IMG/VR virus record: IMGVR_UViG_3300017716_001697
Location: 192,001-256,000 of that record
Origin: a virus
Lineage: Duplodnaviria > Caudoviricetes
Direction: 5' to 3' (one strand)
Length of the DNA: 64,000 nt
Positions 9,461 to 18,912 of this stretch are shown here, piece after piece. The notes under the pieces are model-generated. The model had not been told where the DNA came from, did not search any database, and was given only the letters and a program-made list of their open reading frames with translations. The translations under genes were made by a program, and so were the position numbers. Every line of letters begins with the position of its first letter. Position 1 is the first letter of the stretch.

Positions 9461-10219
9461 ATGGCTTTAGAAAATCTAAAGAAGCACCAAGGGCTTCTTA
9501 AAAATACAGGAGTGCGTGTTGCTGTCGTCTTTAGAAAATTACCTAATGATGATAAGACATGTTTGATTGTCGAAACTGAGAGGCTACCCGATAGCTATCA
9601 TGACTATGTTATGCAAGTCCTTAGTTCACGCGAAGCTTCTGAAACAAACGAATTTTACGAAATTCTTAATCGCAGAACATTCCCAGATGGAACTAACTGC
9701 CTTACATCTTTGCACCAACGCGGATTCTTACGTAGGGAACCTGTTACGAATGTAACAATGGTACCACTACCAGGCCAATCGGTCCCACTAGAACTCATTA
9801 ATGCAACTATTGATAAGAAAGTTGACGAATATGTAGCCCGTCAGAAGGCAGAGAGCGAAGCAGCTAATCCAGTAGCCGATCTTATTGCTAGCACGGTAGC
9901 TAGTGCATCGCCATCTGCCAATGCAGAGTCTATTGCTAAGGGATTAATTGTCCAGGCTGAAATGTTAGAAGCAGATGCTGCTGCAAAGCGTGAAGAAGCA
10001 TACACACTGTATCCTGATTCACGCCCGGGAAGAGGCCGCCCAGCATTGCCAGAAGACACGAAAGCTGTCAAGCTTGAAGAACGTAAGGCAAAGCGTAGAG
10101 AGCGTGATCAACGCAAGGCTGCTGAAGCTAAAGTCGAAAAGAAGGACTCAGCAATCGACGCCAAGGTAAAAGCAAAACTAGTTAGAGATGCATCTCCTAC
10201 TCGTAAGACTGCTATCTAA
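9461..10219 (+). CDS. Hypothetical phage protein with AT-hook-like motif and basic coiled-coil tail
   Basis: 252 aa; RPGRGRP motif; RBS AAGGA. Confidence 0.8.
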   Translation: MALENLKKHQGLLKNTGVRVAVVFRKLPNDDKTCLIVETERLPDSYHDYVMQVLSSREASETNEFYEILNRRTFPDGTNCLTSLHQRGFLRREPVTNVTMVPLPGQSVPLELINATIDKKVDEYVARQKAESEAANPVADLIASTVASASPSANAESIAKGLIVQAEMLEADAAAKREEAYTLYPDSRPGRGRPALPEDTKAVKLEERKAKRRERDQRKAAEAKVEKKDSAIDAKVKAKLVRDASPTRKTAI

Positions 10220-10286
10220 CCGTGTTAAGTTAGCCGGTATCATTCCGGCTAACTTACATAAATACTTGTAACTGGGAGATACAAGT

Positions 10287-10619
10287 ATGGCAAAAAAAGT
10301 AACAAGTTTCAGTTTCGATAAAGCTATTAATCGAATAGCACGCCCCTCGGTATTCGATCGCATCGTGAAGGAAATAGATGCAAAAGAAATACCAGCGAAG
10401 TATGTAGAACAGATACTTGTTCAGTATTACGACGGTAATGTTGTTGAGCTAAGTGGTAACGAAATAACACATCCTATCCCAATGAACAGAAATGCGCAAT
10501 GGGCAAAGATGGAAGAATCGTTTAAGCGTATGCGCGATGTGAAAGTCTTTATCAACACAGATGTGTTAGAAGAAGACATAAATGAGTTAGTAGAGAAATA
10601 TCTAGGATCATATTGCTAA
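10287..10619 (+). CDS. Hypothetical phage protein
   Basis: RBS GGGAG; late-type CATAAATA at 10257..10264. Confidence 0.8.
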   Translation: MAKKVTSFSFDKAINRIARPSVFDRIVKEIDAKEIPAKYVEQILVQYYDGNVVELSGNEITHPIPMNRNAQWAKMEESFKRMRDVKVFINTDVLEEDINELVEKYLGSYC

Positions 10620-11677
10620 TCAGCAAATTTAGACTCCAACCAGGCATAGTTATTAATCAACCCGAGCATATCGGGTTGATTCTTATGTGATGTACCAAAC
10701 ATAACGCCAGCCTTTGCACCAGCGATTGCGAAATCACCAAATTCGCGATCATGCCCTTTTTCACACCATATTGCTAAACGTTCTTCTGTTTCGACATCAA
10801 CGCCGTTAGATATTAGTTTAGCAGACAGTTTAGTGCATTCTCTAAACCCGCTTCTCCAAGCAGAGAATGGGTCAACGTTAAACTTAGTGACATTACTTAC
10901 TTCCGGCATAACTTTGAAATGTGGTGATACCGTTGTAGTGAAATCTATTGGTGCACCAGAATATTCCAGCACCATCTGTCTAGGGAACAGCTTGACACCA
11001 CCATATCCGTAAATAAGATCGTTTACTGGATTTCTGGAATACCATACGTGTGTAGAATCTTCATTATATCCGTTGGGCTTATAATCGAAATTAAACGAAG
11101 GTTCGATTTCTGCGTCTGCATCAACAACAAAGAACATATGTGATTCGGCTTTTCTTGCTGCGGCCTTGTGTGCTTCAAGAATACCCTTAACACCGTGAGA
11201 CCGTTTTGCTAAAGGAAATCTATCCTTTAATTTAGCATAGCTATCATCTGCATTGCTTTCATCAAAACTTATGAATACAATGTCTAGTGGCATGTACTCA
11301 AATATCTTACCATACATTACCTTGATAGGCACATTACCTAATTTCATTTGACTGTCGGTATATTTTTCTGCATCGGCCAACACCAAATCTTTATTAAATA
11401 ATCTAACGTTAGAATTGTTATTCCATAGGTGAACCAATTTACTATCCCAGGCCGGTGGCTTGAATGAGAAATCGAACATAGGGAATTTTATTTCTATGTC
11501 ACTGTTTATGACATAGAAGAATTCAGTAGTACTTAATAACGCCATACGATACAGTTCAGCGGCCGATATTTCATCTGACTCTAACTGTATTTTGGCATTA
11601 AAGAATGTGTGACTACCTATTGCATCTGCTACTCGTTTTAATAGATTGGTATATGTTATGAATACGTGTTGTGACAT
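10616..11677 (-). CDS. GT-A fold glycosyltransferase-like protein
   Basis: DIVFISFDE, FFVVDAD (DxD motif), YGYGGVKLFP; degenerate N-terminal copy of the domain. Confidence 0.7.
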   Translation of the reverse strand: MSQHVFITYTNLLKRVADAIGSHTFFNAKIQLESDEISAAELYRMALLSTTEFFYVINSDIEIKFPMFDFSFKPPAWDSKLVHLWNNNSNVRLFNKDLVLADAEKYTDSQMKLGNVPIKVMYGKIFEYMPLDIVFISFDESNADDSYAKLKDRFPLAKRSHGVKGILEAHKAAARKAESHMFFVVDADAEIEPSFNFDYKPNGYNEDSTHVWYSRNPVNDLIYGYGGVKLFPRQMVLEYSGAPIDFTTTVSPHFKVMPEVSNVTKFNVDPFSAWRSGFRECTKLSAKLISNGVDVETEERLAIWCEKGHDREFGDFAIAGAKAGVMFGTSHKNQPDMLGLINNYAWLESKFAD

Positions 11678-11714
11678 GATGTTATTATAATGCATTTATT
11701 TATAGTATATCAAG

Positions 11715-11743
11715 TTGACAAGGATCAAAAGTGACATTATAAT
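11715..11743 (+). promoter_or_regulatory. sigma70-type early promoter
   Basis: TTGACA-N17-TATAAT. Confidence 0.8.
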
Positions 11744-11750
11744 TTAATGT

Positions 11751-12239
11751 ATGAATATACTTCTTGCCCTTGTCATTGCATTATCGTGTACCACAACATT
11801 TGCTGCCGATAACTGGAAGCTTACTGCGGTATTGGGTAACGATAAACCCGTAGGATATGTGTATCACACATCGTCTATGGGTACGCAGACAAATCCAGTA
11901 AACAAGTCATACAGTGGCCTAAGATTAATATGTTCGTTAAAGGGTGGTGAACCAGTTGTTGCATTATATTGGAACAACGGAATGAACATCCGTGAAGAAA
12001 TTCTGGTCACTGTTATAGCAGATAATAAGGCAACAGTACATCCTACACTCTGGGGCTCAGAGGGGGATCTATTGTTTAGAAATGTTGCTGAATCAAAGGA
12101 ACTGTTAGCATTGATTAAAACCAGTAAGGTTGTAAAATTTCAATGGATGGCAGGTGCTGCATCCCAGTACACAACTGCATTCAATGTGGCAGGTATAAAT
12201 CTTAGTGATTTTAACGCAAAATGTAAGACAGAGTTATAA
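11751..12239 (+). CDS. Exported protein
   Basis: Signal peptide ending TFA-A. Confidence 0.7.
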   Translation: MNILLALVIALSCTTTFAADNWKLTAVLGNDKPVGYVYHTSSMGTQTNPVNKSYSGLRLICSLKGGEPVVALYWNNGMNIREEILVTVIADNKATVHPTLWGSEGDLLFRNVAESKELLALIKTSKVVKFQWMAGAASQYTTAFNVAGINLSDFNAKCKTEL

Positions 12240-12242
12240 ATA
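12235..12242 (+). promoter_or_regulatory. T4-type late promoter box
   Basis: TATAAATA upstream of gene 12268. Confidence 0.5.
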
Positions 12243-12267
12243 GGGGTATAATATATTGGAGCTCTCT

Positions 12268-12609
12268 ATGAGGCATGGTCTAGTGACAGTTGGCATTTCT
12301 TTGGCAGTTGCAGCAGTTGGCGCAGTGTTGGTACTCAATTGGTTAGTTAACGACGACATCGCTAAGTCGTTTTTAATTCATGCTACTGTCGAGCATAGGC
12401 AGAGTGGCATTGGCGAGATGAATGTTGCATTTGAGGACAACGACATCCTGTTAAATGTCAATCTGACTAGACCAATGTCGTGCTACGATGTTATAGACTT
12501 GTTAGGAGTAGAAGATCTCCCTTTGCGTGGAAGAATCTATGTGCCAACATGCAAGATTGTTAAACCGGAATATGTGGTTATTACATATAAGAAACAGGAT
12601 TTGATGTGA
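12268..12609 (+). CDS. Membrane-anchored hypothetical protein
   Basis: N-terminal TM helix. Confidence 0.65.
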   Translation: MRHGLVTVGISLAVAAVGAVLVLNWLVNDDIAKSFLIHATVEHRQSGIGEMNVAFEDNDILLNVNLTRPMSCYDVIDLLGVEDLPLRGRIYVPTCKIVKPEYVVITYKKQDLM

Positions 12610-12869
12610 ATGAATTTGTATTGGCAGAATTCACATTTACACGCGACGGATTAATTGATGGATATAAACTGTTAGGTGAACTAGGTGATGATTTTGTTCT
12701 TATAGGGTCAGCAATAGACATCGAGGCGTACCCGTCATCTACCTTAATCGTATCTGGTAAGTTAAGTTCCTCTATGGCGACTGTGATTAAATTAGGTAAT
12801 ACGGTGCTGGCCGATGCAATGCATGTCTCGTATATCTCAGACGATTTAAAGAATAAGTATCGGCGATGA
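12606..12869 (+). CDS. Small hypothetical protein (loose family A)
   Basis: GTGA overlap; SSSMATVIKLG. Confidence 0.6.
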   Translation: MNEFVLAEFTFTRDGLIDGYKLLGELGDDFVLIGSAIDIEAYPSSTLIVSGKLSSSMATVIKLGNTVLADAMHVSYISDDLKNKYRR

Positions 12870-13168
12870 AACATTATTGGTCGTGTTGGTTCACTAAAGA
12901 TGAACTGAAAGCTGCTGGAGCATTTGATATTCATCCTGCATCTTTTTGCGGGTCAGGCCTGGTACCATATCAGCCGTCTGGGTATGAACATAATTGGGTG
13001 TTTAAGGCAGATACAGAGTTCGCCACTTTTGTAAAATTAATGAAAGATAAATCTGTAGCAGAAATATCGAACAAACAATTCATGCTATTATATCGAAACG
13101 AATGTGCTACCATTGGGCGTAGATCAAAAACATTCGATGCATTAAACAGTTGCCACCTAGATTTTTAA
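12866..13168 (+). CDS. Small hypothetical protein (loose family A)
   Basis: FKADTEFATFVKLM. Confidence 0.6.
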   Translation: MKHYWSCWFTKDELKAAGAFDIHPASFCGSGLVPYQPSGYEHNWVFKADTEFATFVKLMKDKSVAEISNKQFMLLYRNECATIGRRSKTFDALNSCHLDF

Positions 13169-13169
13169 A

Positions 13170-13484
13170 ATGCTATTCTACACTGATGCTGTATACTACA
13201 ACCTATTAGAAAGTATGGGGTGCCTATTTCTGGAACAGGTGAATGTAAAACTCCACGGGTGCTCTACACTAAAGTTATCACGCTGGCCCACAGGGTTTAT
13301 CGTCGAGTCAGATGATCAATTTGACGTATATTGCACTATGATGAAAGGCTTTGCTCCTGCTAAAGTCATGGAGGAGGAATATTACGAACTCGTGGAAAAT
13401 GGCATCGTGTTCCTTAGTAAACCACGCAGTAAAGAATTAAGAGAAGGTGTGCTCAAACTTAGGAACCGGCTAAATAATAGATGA
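13170..13484 (+). CDS. Hypothetical protein
   Basis: Operon-coupled ORF. Confidence 0.6.
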   Translation: MLFYTDAVYYNLLESMGCLFLEQVNVKLHGCSTLKLSRWPTGFIVESDDQFDVYCTMMKGFAPAKVMEEEYYELVENGIVFLSKPRSKELREGVLKLRNRLNNR

Positions 13485-13867
13485 CTATATCTATTACTGG
13501 CATTATTGCTCTCCCTACAAGCCCTTTTCAGGGCACTGGCATAAACGGAATTGTTATTACACCGGGTGTCCCAAGCTACTTCAAAGTTGAGGGCGCTGAA
13601 TTAGATAAGATAGTTGATGTGAATTGGTACCCTATAGATCCTGCGTCAGTTGAGTTTGAAACACGTAAACTGATATTAATGGGTACCACAGTAGGAACAT
13701 TCATGATTAAGGTAACTAACAATTTCTTATCGACCGCCGATCGTGGTGGGAAGATAAGTTTCCGGTTAGACACAGGGGAAACACTAGCATTTCCTGTTAG
13801 GACATATGGCCCTGTATCCTATCAGCCATTGTGGCAGAGTCCGTACGAAGGCCTAAACACCGGTTGA
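13481..13867 (+). CDS. Beta-rich, possibly Ig-like or virion protein
   Basis: Alternating beta-strand pattern, Gly/Thr/Pro-rich. Confidence 0.5.
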   Translation: MTISITGIIALPTSPFQGTGINGIVITPGVPSYFKVEGAELDKIVDVNWYPIDPASVEFETRKLILMGTTVGTFMIKVTNNFLSTADRGGKISFRLDTGETLAFPVRTYGPVSYQPLWQSPYEGLNTG

Positions 13868-13908
13868 GCATGTTAGCATAACTGTGTATAATTACACAAA
13901 GGATTAAT

Positions 13909-14109
13909 ATGCACTTCGATTTTAAATCATTCTGGGATTCGAGCACTGTAGTTGATCAACAACGCCGTGCAGAAGCAATGGCCAACGGCCTTGTGGCAAT
14001 TGGCTATAGCCCTGCTGAGGCAAAAGCCACAGTAGAAATATTTCAGCAGACTGCGTTCTATGATGGGGAGATGGAAGAGTCGTTCAACAATTGTGGCGAA
14101 GACGCATGA
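13909..14109 (+). CDS. Hypothetical protein
   Basis: RBS AAGGA; -10 TATAAT upstream. Confidence 0.65.
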   Translation: MHFDFKSFWDSSTVVDQQRRAEAMANGLVAIGYSPAEAKATVEIFQQTAFYDGEMEESFNNCGEDA

Positions 14110-14891
14110 ATAGGTTGATTCTTACCTTACTCTGCATGTCAGTTGCTACCAGTGTATATGCACGACAACCAGTAAAGAAGAAAATTAGGGCTGTTGTGGC
14201 AGTGTCGGCATTTACTACAGAAAGTTATCTTATAGCTGATAACCAAGGTCTAATACTTCAGGAACGCGACAGCGACCTGCAACGACCAATCGCGTCAATA
14301 TCAAAATTAATGGTAGGGTTACTAGCATCTGAGCAAGATCTCGATGAACAGTTATTGATACCGAAAAAGCGTACAGTTCAAAGCGGCATTCCTTACCGGC
14401 ATGTTAGCATGTCTCGAAAAGAATTGCTAACACTTGCATTAGTGAAGTCTGATAATTTCGCAGCGCAGATACTCTGTGAAAATTTAGATAACTGTGTTGA
14501 ATTAATGAATTCAAAGGCAACCGAACTAGGCATGACACATACTCGCTATGTTGAGCCTACGGGGCTCAGTAAAGAGAATGTAAGCACAGCATCTGACCTG
14601 CTGAAACTAATGCTCAACGTTGCGTCAAACCAAACAATAACATCATTGTCAAGTCTTGCTAGCGCGGAAATTCTGGTGGGTAAGACTACTATGAGAATTA
14701 GGAATACAAACCCGTTGACCGCAAAATTAGACGTATTTTTGTCTAAGACAGGTTTCACCAACCCTGCTGGCGGGTGTTTAGTTATGGCTGTAAATTCGCC
14801 GATTGGGCAACGATTTTTAGTGTTACTAGGCAGTCGCAATGCACATACTCGTATCCCGTCTATGGAAAAATTGTACAAAGAGATGATCTAA
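14106..14891 (+). CDS. D-Ala-D-Ala carboxy/endopeptidase (peptidase S11, PBP7/PbpG-like)
   Basis: SxxK (ASISK), SxN (SDN) and KTG motifs; signal peptide. Confidence 0.92.
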   Translation: MNRLILTLLCMSVATSVYARQPVKKKIRAVVAVSAFTTESYLIADNQGLILQERDSDLQRPIASISKLMVGLLASEQDLDEQLLIPKKRTVQSGIPYRHVSMSRKELLTLALVKSDNFAAQILCENLDNCVELMNSKATELGMTHTRYVEPTGLSKENVSTASDLLKLMLNVASNQTITSLSSLASAEILVGKTTMRIRNTNPLTAKLDVFLSKTGFTNPAGGCLVMAVNSPIGQRFLVLLGSRNAHTRIPSMEKLYKEMI

Positions 14892-14897
14892 ACTCGG

Positions 14898-14926
14898 TTG
14901 ATATAATTACGATTATAGTGTATAAT
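14898..14926 (+). promoter_or_regulatory. sigma70-type early promoter
   Basis: TTGATA-N17-TATAAT. Confidence 0.7.
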
Positions 14927-14931
14927 ATATT

Positions 14932-15150
14932 ATGATTACGCTAATATACATGGTAGAGCCAGAGAAAGAATTAGCTGAGCGAGCTTGGCTGAAAGAACTG
15001 AAGATTTATCCTTCTACCCAAAAATATTATGATCCAACACACGACTACAAATTAATGACTAGATTTGCAGCCATTGTTTCGCCGGATGCTGCCGTAACAA
15101 TAAAGTTACGTCATCCACTGCAATTCCAGGGCGAGTACAAGCCGCGATGA
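14932..15150 (+). CDS. Small protein (loose family A)
   Basis: VSPDAAVTIKLRHP. Confidence 0.65.
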   Translation: MITLIYMVEPEKELAERAWLKELKIYPSTQKYYDPTHDYKLMTRFAAIVSPDAAVTIKLRHPLQFQGEYKPR

Positions 15151-15371
15151 TAGCACTTACATTATATGTAGATGAATATGAAGATCAACAACCATACATA
15201 GATTATGTGAAAGGGCTGGCAGGGGTAACATTCAGGCCATTCAGTCCTGTGTATGTATACGGCGAAGATGAGCCGTTAGGGTTCACGATGATAATTTTTG
15301 CGATAGATGATGAAGTAGCAACAATGCTATCATTGAGATACGGTGACAAGATTGAAACAAGGTCAGCATAA
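15147..15371 (+). CDS. Small protein (loose family A)
   Basis: FAIDDEVATMLSLRYG. Confidence 0.7.
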   Translation: MIALTLYVDEYEDQQPYIDYVKGLAGVTFRPFSPVYVYGEDEPLGFTMIIFAIDDEVATMLSLRYGDKIETRSA

Positions 15372-15384
15372 ACAAAATAACAAA

Positions 15385-15630
15385 ATGGTAAAGAACTATT
15401 ATATCAGAGTTGATCGAGAGATATTACCTGCATTCTTTGATTTCTGTGCTAGGACAAAATTAGAAGAGCATCACCACTCGACAGGGTTTGTTACAAAGCA
15501 TGCAGGCACTACTTTATTCAGATTGACAATGACTGAATCAGATAGAACAGCAATGGCACTGGCGGTTCCGGTAAGTATAATGCTTGATCCGAACAGCGAC
15601 CGAAATATTAAACAACCCGTAGGAGCATAA
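15385..15630 (+). CDS. Small protein (loose family A)
   Basis: LTMTESDRTAMALA. Confidence 0.6.
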   Translation: MVKNYYIRVDREILPAFFDFCARTKLEEHHHSTGFVTKHAGTTLFRLTMTESDRTAMALAVPVSIMLDPNSDRNIKQPVGA

Positions 15631-15631
15631 G

Positions 15632-15973
15632 ATGGAAGAAGATCGTACACAGTATACATTCACATTCAACCCGAATGATGAAAAATCATTCAATCGAATT
15701 AAAAGTAGATTGGATCCAGAAGAATATACAGTTGACGAAGAAATTCGCAAGGTTGATGAAGAGCAAGGCAAATATAGCGACCTAACTACCAAAATGACTA
15801 TGGTGCCGGAAGCAGCATCAACATTCCGCTTTGGGATGAAGGAAGTTAAGATCCGTCGGTATCGCACAGAAGCAGAAGAAGCCGAAATTAAGGCCCAGGA
15901 AGAAAAGAACAAGATCTCAATCACCATTAAGGTCGACGGGTGGGATGGTACAGGGCCACTACCTAAGATTTAA
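15632..15973 (+). CDS. Acidic hypothetical protein
   Basis: RBS AGGAG. Confidence 0.7.
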   Translation: MEEDRTQYTFTFNPNDEKSFNRIKSRLDPEEYTVDEEIRKVDEEQGKYSDLTTKMTMVPEAASTFRFGMKEVKIRRYRTEAEEAEIKAQEEKNKISITIKVDGWDGTGPLPKI

Positions 15974-16476
15974 TGGGCTTAACTGAAGAGCAAATCTGCG
16001 AACTTATAGCGTGTAAGGATTTGGATACATTCTGTGCTAAAATAGGGCATCATCCTCTTAAGATGGTGTTCGATCTTAAACAGATTATGTATCCAACCAG
16101 AGCGGACATAATTGTCTATATGCTGTGGTCAGTGATATACAATTTCGATAAAACGTATTTCATTATAGAAAATTCTATAACACAATGCAGAGAGACAATG
16201 CGGCAATTTTATCAGCTAGCTGCTAGACTGCCTATGTGGATGCAACCCGAACCTTGGAAAATGCAAAGTGCATGCATTGATTTTGCAAACGGGTGTAAAT
16301 TAAGGACAATCAGTAATAGCACAAATTTAAGAGGATGGACAATATCCGGTGCTATGATATCCACTGACATTGTTGGTGAGAAGTCACAGAAACTTTGTCA
16401 CGATCTAATACCTGCTATAATATCTAACCGACCTATAATAGAATTCAACAATGGAGCAGAAATATGGGACACATAA
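15973..16476 (+). CDS. Truncated, degenerate terminase-large-subunit (gp17) ATPase-like protein
   Basis: LPMWMQP...IDFANGCKL...STNLRG resembles gp17 LP.(F/W)LQP...IELxNGS...xxRG; no Walker A and no DE Walker B. Confidence 0.55.
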   Translation: MGLTEEQICELIACKDLDTFCAKIGHHPLKMVFDLKQIMYPTRADIIVYMLWSVIYNFDKTYFIIENSITQCRETMRQFYQLAARLPMWMQPEPWKMQSACIDFANGCKLRTISNSTNLRGWTISGAMISTDIVGEKSQKLCHDLIPAIISNRPIIEFNNGAEIWDT

Positions 16477-16745
16477 TGAATAACCGACTTAAAACACTTG
16501 CCGCTGAAGCACATGTTATTGTATATGCAGACAGCCCGGGTAAAGGTCCCGTGGATGTTGCACTCAATCTAAAAGCTTTGGAAAAATTTGCTGAACTGAT
16601 TATCGCAGATTGTTCTAATGCAATAGGTAAGAATATTGTCGGTAGTGTACACAGTGCAGCAGGACCGTGGAATAGTGCGGTTGCAAAATGTCAACAGGTA
16701 TTGCGCGATCATTATACCGGGCACGGAGGTGTAGAGAATGAATAA
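16476..16745 (+). CDS. Family D small protein
   Basis: MNNRLKTLAAEA...EKFAELIIADC. Confidence 0.75.
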   Translation: MNNRLKTLAAEAHVIVYADSPGKGPVDVALNLKALEKFAELIIADCSNAIGKNIVGSVHSAAGPWNSAVAKCQQVLRDHYTGHGGVENE

Positions 16746-16880
16746 ACCTAGGGAGCGAATTGGCTACTATATAGGAAGTTTTTTCCTATTGCCGTTAGCA
16801 CTGGTACTAAACATTCTTCGATATATAGAACATGCTAACTATAAACGCAACGAAGCAAGAGAGAATAAGAAGAGACTAAA

Positions 16881-17144
16881 ATGAGTAATCTACACAACAA
16901 TATTAAGAACCCGATAATTAGACAGATAGCAGATGAATGTACGCATCGTAGCGTAGGTGACTTTGGATTAATAATTGTTGGTGGCGTTAAGATTGAAGAG
17001 TTTGCACAAGCAATTATCAAGGAATGTGTTAAACGTATCCTAGATGATTGTAATGCACAGCTTAATTCTGGTGCTACAATTAACCTTGGTGGAATAACGC
17101 AGGCAAAGAAATCAATCAAGAATCATTTTGGTGTAGATGTATGA
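16881..17144 (+). CDS. Family D small protein
   Basis: EEFAQAIIKEC...IKNHFGV. Confidence 0.75.
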   Translation: MSNLHNNIKNPIIRQIADECTHRSVGDFGLIIVGGVKIEEFAQAIIKECVKRILDDCNAQLNSGATINLGGITQAKKSIKNHFGVDV

Positions 17145-17335
17145 ACACGCGAATTAACGAACTGCTGGTAAAGTGTACTCAACCATCCATTGATGGTATA
17201 GGCAACTGGGTTGATCAGGATAAACTTATCAAACTGATTATTGCTGAATGTGCAGATACAATTGATACATGGGGAGATTCTGGGCGGTTTAAAACTTTCG
17301 GCCAAAGGTTGAAAGCACACTTTGACGAAAATTGA
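17141..17335 (+). CDS. Family D small protein
   Basis: MNTRINEL...LIIAEC...LKAHF. Confidence 0.75.
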   Translation: MNTRINELLVKCTQPSIDGIGNWVDQDKLIKLIIAECADTIDTWGDSGRFKTFGQRLKAHFDEN

Positions 17336-17354
17336 CACTATTGGTAAATATAGT

Positions 17355-17804
17355 ATGCTTAAATTATTTGTTAAATTACTGTTACTTGTATCTTGCGTAG
17401 CCTATGCACAGCAACCTATAAGAGAAATACAATGGGTTAAGATACACGATCTTACGCATCCAGAATTTACTACATACTTCGATGCTAAGACATTAAATCG
17501 TACAGTTGATAAGGACGGTGATTTTGGTGTAGGTGTTATTGCATATCACAGAGCTGAACCTATTACTGTGGATTTTGGGTTAGGTAAGAAAACTGTTACT
17601 ACGTTTGCTAGACACTATATGGTCGATTGTAAACATGCAAGAATAACTCCGATGGAAGATTTCTATTTCAACAATGCTAATAGATTACCTACAGCACTGG
17701 ACCGCCCAGTGGGTGCAGTTAATTACGAAAGTGCTACCGCTGAGCCAACAAAGATATCAAGAGACAATCCGGTATTTAAAACCTTGTGTCCGACATACAT
17801 CTGA
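17355..17804 (+). CDS. Exported protein
   Basis: Signal peptide ending AYA-Q; two Cys, one near the C-terminus. Confidence 0.7.
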   Translation: MLKLFVKLLLLVSCVAYAQQPIREIQWVKIHDLTHPEFTTYFDAKTLNRTVDKDGDFGVGVIAYHRAEPITVDFGLGKKTVTTFARHYMVDCKHARITPMEDFYFNNANRLPTALDRPVGAVNYESATAEPTKISRDNPVFKTLCPTYI

Positions 17805-17810
17805 TTTACA

Positions 17811-17897
17811 ATCTCAGTTTTCGATCTCAGATTTGTATCTCAGATTTGGATTTTAAAATAGGAAAGTTGCACGGGAATCGTGCACGAAAATCGCACG
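17811..17897. repeat. Three 13-bp-period tandem repeats (ATCTCAGWTTT) followed by three GCACG repeats
   Basis: Units start at 17811, 17824 and 17837; intergenic. Confidence 0.75.
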
Positions 17898-17915
17898 TAT
17901 AGACACACCCGCTAT

Positions 17916-17944
17916 TTGACTTGTGTACGCATATCGTGTATTAT
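17916..17944 (+). promoter_or_regulatory. sigma70-type early promoter
   Basis: TTGACT-N17-TATTAT. Confidence 0.65.
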
Positions 17945-17950
17945 ACGTGT

Positions 17951-18478
17951 ATGAATAATAAAGAAGACAACGGCGAACAACTGTTCGAAGAGCTGGCGAA
18001 GTCATACCCAGAATTGATGCAGAAATCGACTATAGGTGAGCACTTAGGTGTCGACGATGGTTGGTTTAATATCATCAATGCATTATGTTCCTGTATCTAC
18101 AGTAAATTGTACCAAGCAAAAAGTAGACTGGCGGGTGCTACAGAATACCCGCGTGATGATGGCGGTGCCTATTTGCAAGAGACTACCGCAGCAGTAGAAG
18201 CCGAGTTAGAAGCATTGCCAGAGATTGTGCAGATAAAAGAAAAATACGGAACGCTGAGATTCTATGTACATAATGGATCAGATCGGGTATATGACTTAAT
18301 CGACTTTGCTGAGACAATGTCCGAAACCACATGCGAGGTTTGTGGTAAGCCCGGTGAAGCAGACCACGGAAGTGGATGGGTTAAGACGCATTGCATCGAT
18401 CATAGGCATCCAGAAAAAAACAGTAAAATGCAGGCTGACGGAAAGGTTTTCGCGGCTATCGACGACGAAAATGCTTAA
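17951..18478 (+). CDS. Hypothetical phage protein with C-terminal Zn ribbon
   Basis: GWFNII...QIKEKYGTLRFY...CEVCG...HC. Confidence 0.8.
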   Translation: MNNKEDNGEQLFEELAKSYPELMQKSTIGEHLGVDDGWFNIINALCSCIYSKLYQAKSRLAGATEYPRDDGGAYLQETTAAVEAELEALPEIVQIKEKYGTLRFYVHNGSDRVYDLIDFAETMSETTCEVCGKPGEADHGSGWVKTHCIDHRHPEKNSKMQADGKVFAAIDDENA

Positions 18479-18602
18479 AGAATTTCGCGTGTTGCGAATA
18501 CCTGATTCCAATCCTTACAATTGTTGGGTTTAGACAACACCGATCAACTTGACATTGGTCATTTCAAAAAGTTTAATTATTACATCTTGTTACAACTATC
18601 AG

Positions 18603-18631
18603 TTGACAAGTTTCAAGTTTTACTATATAAT
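18603..18631 (+). promoter_or_regulatory. sigma70-type early promoter
   Basis: TTGACA-N17-TATAAT. Confidence 0.8.
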
Positions 18632-18651
18632 AAAGGCTTACGGGAGATACT

Positions 18652-18807
18652 ATGCTAGAAGACGAAAACGAAGACTGGTACGACGCTGACGGAAACTGTG
18701 ATGAAAACGGTTGCTTCGACGCTGGTGGCCACTTCTATAGTGAGCGTGGTGCGGCAGCAGGTGATGATTACAAAGATCGCATGCAAGACAGGGATATGGG
18801 GCTCTAA
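18652..18807 (+). CDS. Very acidic 51-aa protein (absent from ORF track)
   Basis: Own promoter and RBS GGGAG; MLEDENEDWYDADGNCDENG... Confidence 0.7.
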   Translation: MLEDENEDWYDADGNCDENGCFDAGGHFYSERGAAAGDDYKDRMQDRDMGL

Positions 18808-18912
18808 TGATTGAGCTTCTGCTGATTGTCTGTGTGACAATTGTCATTCTACCATTAGCGCATGCTAAAGCAGAAGAAATTCACGAACGTGCAAGAAAAA
18901 TGGAAATAGAAA

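Noticed and set aside
10227-10255. 11-bp hairpin as an intrinsic terminator
   Set aside because: No U tract on either strand; it may be a processing or stability hairpin next to a late box, so it was not called.
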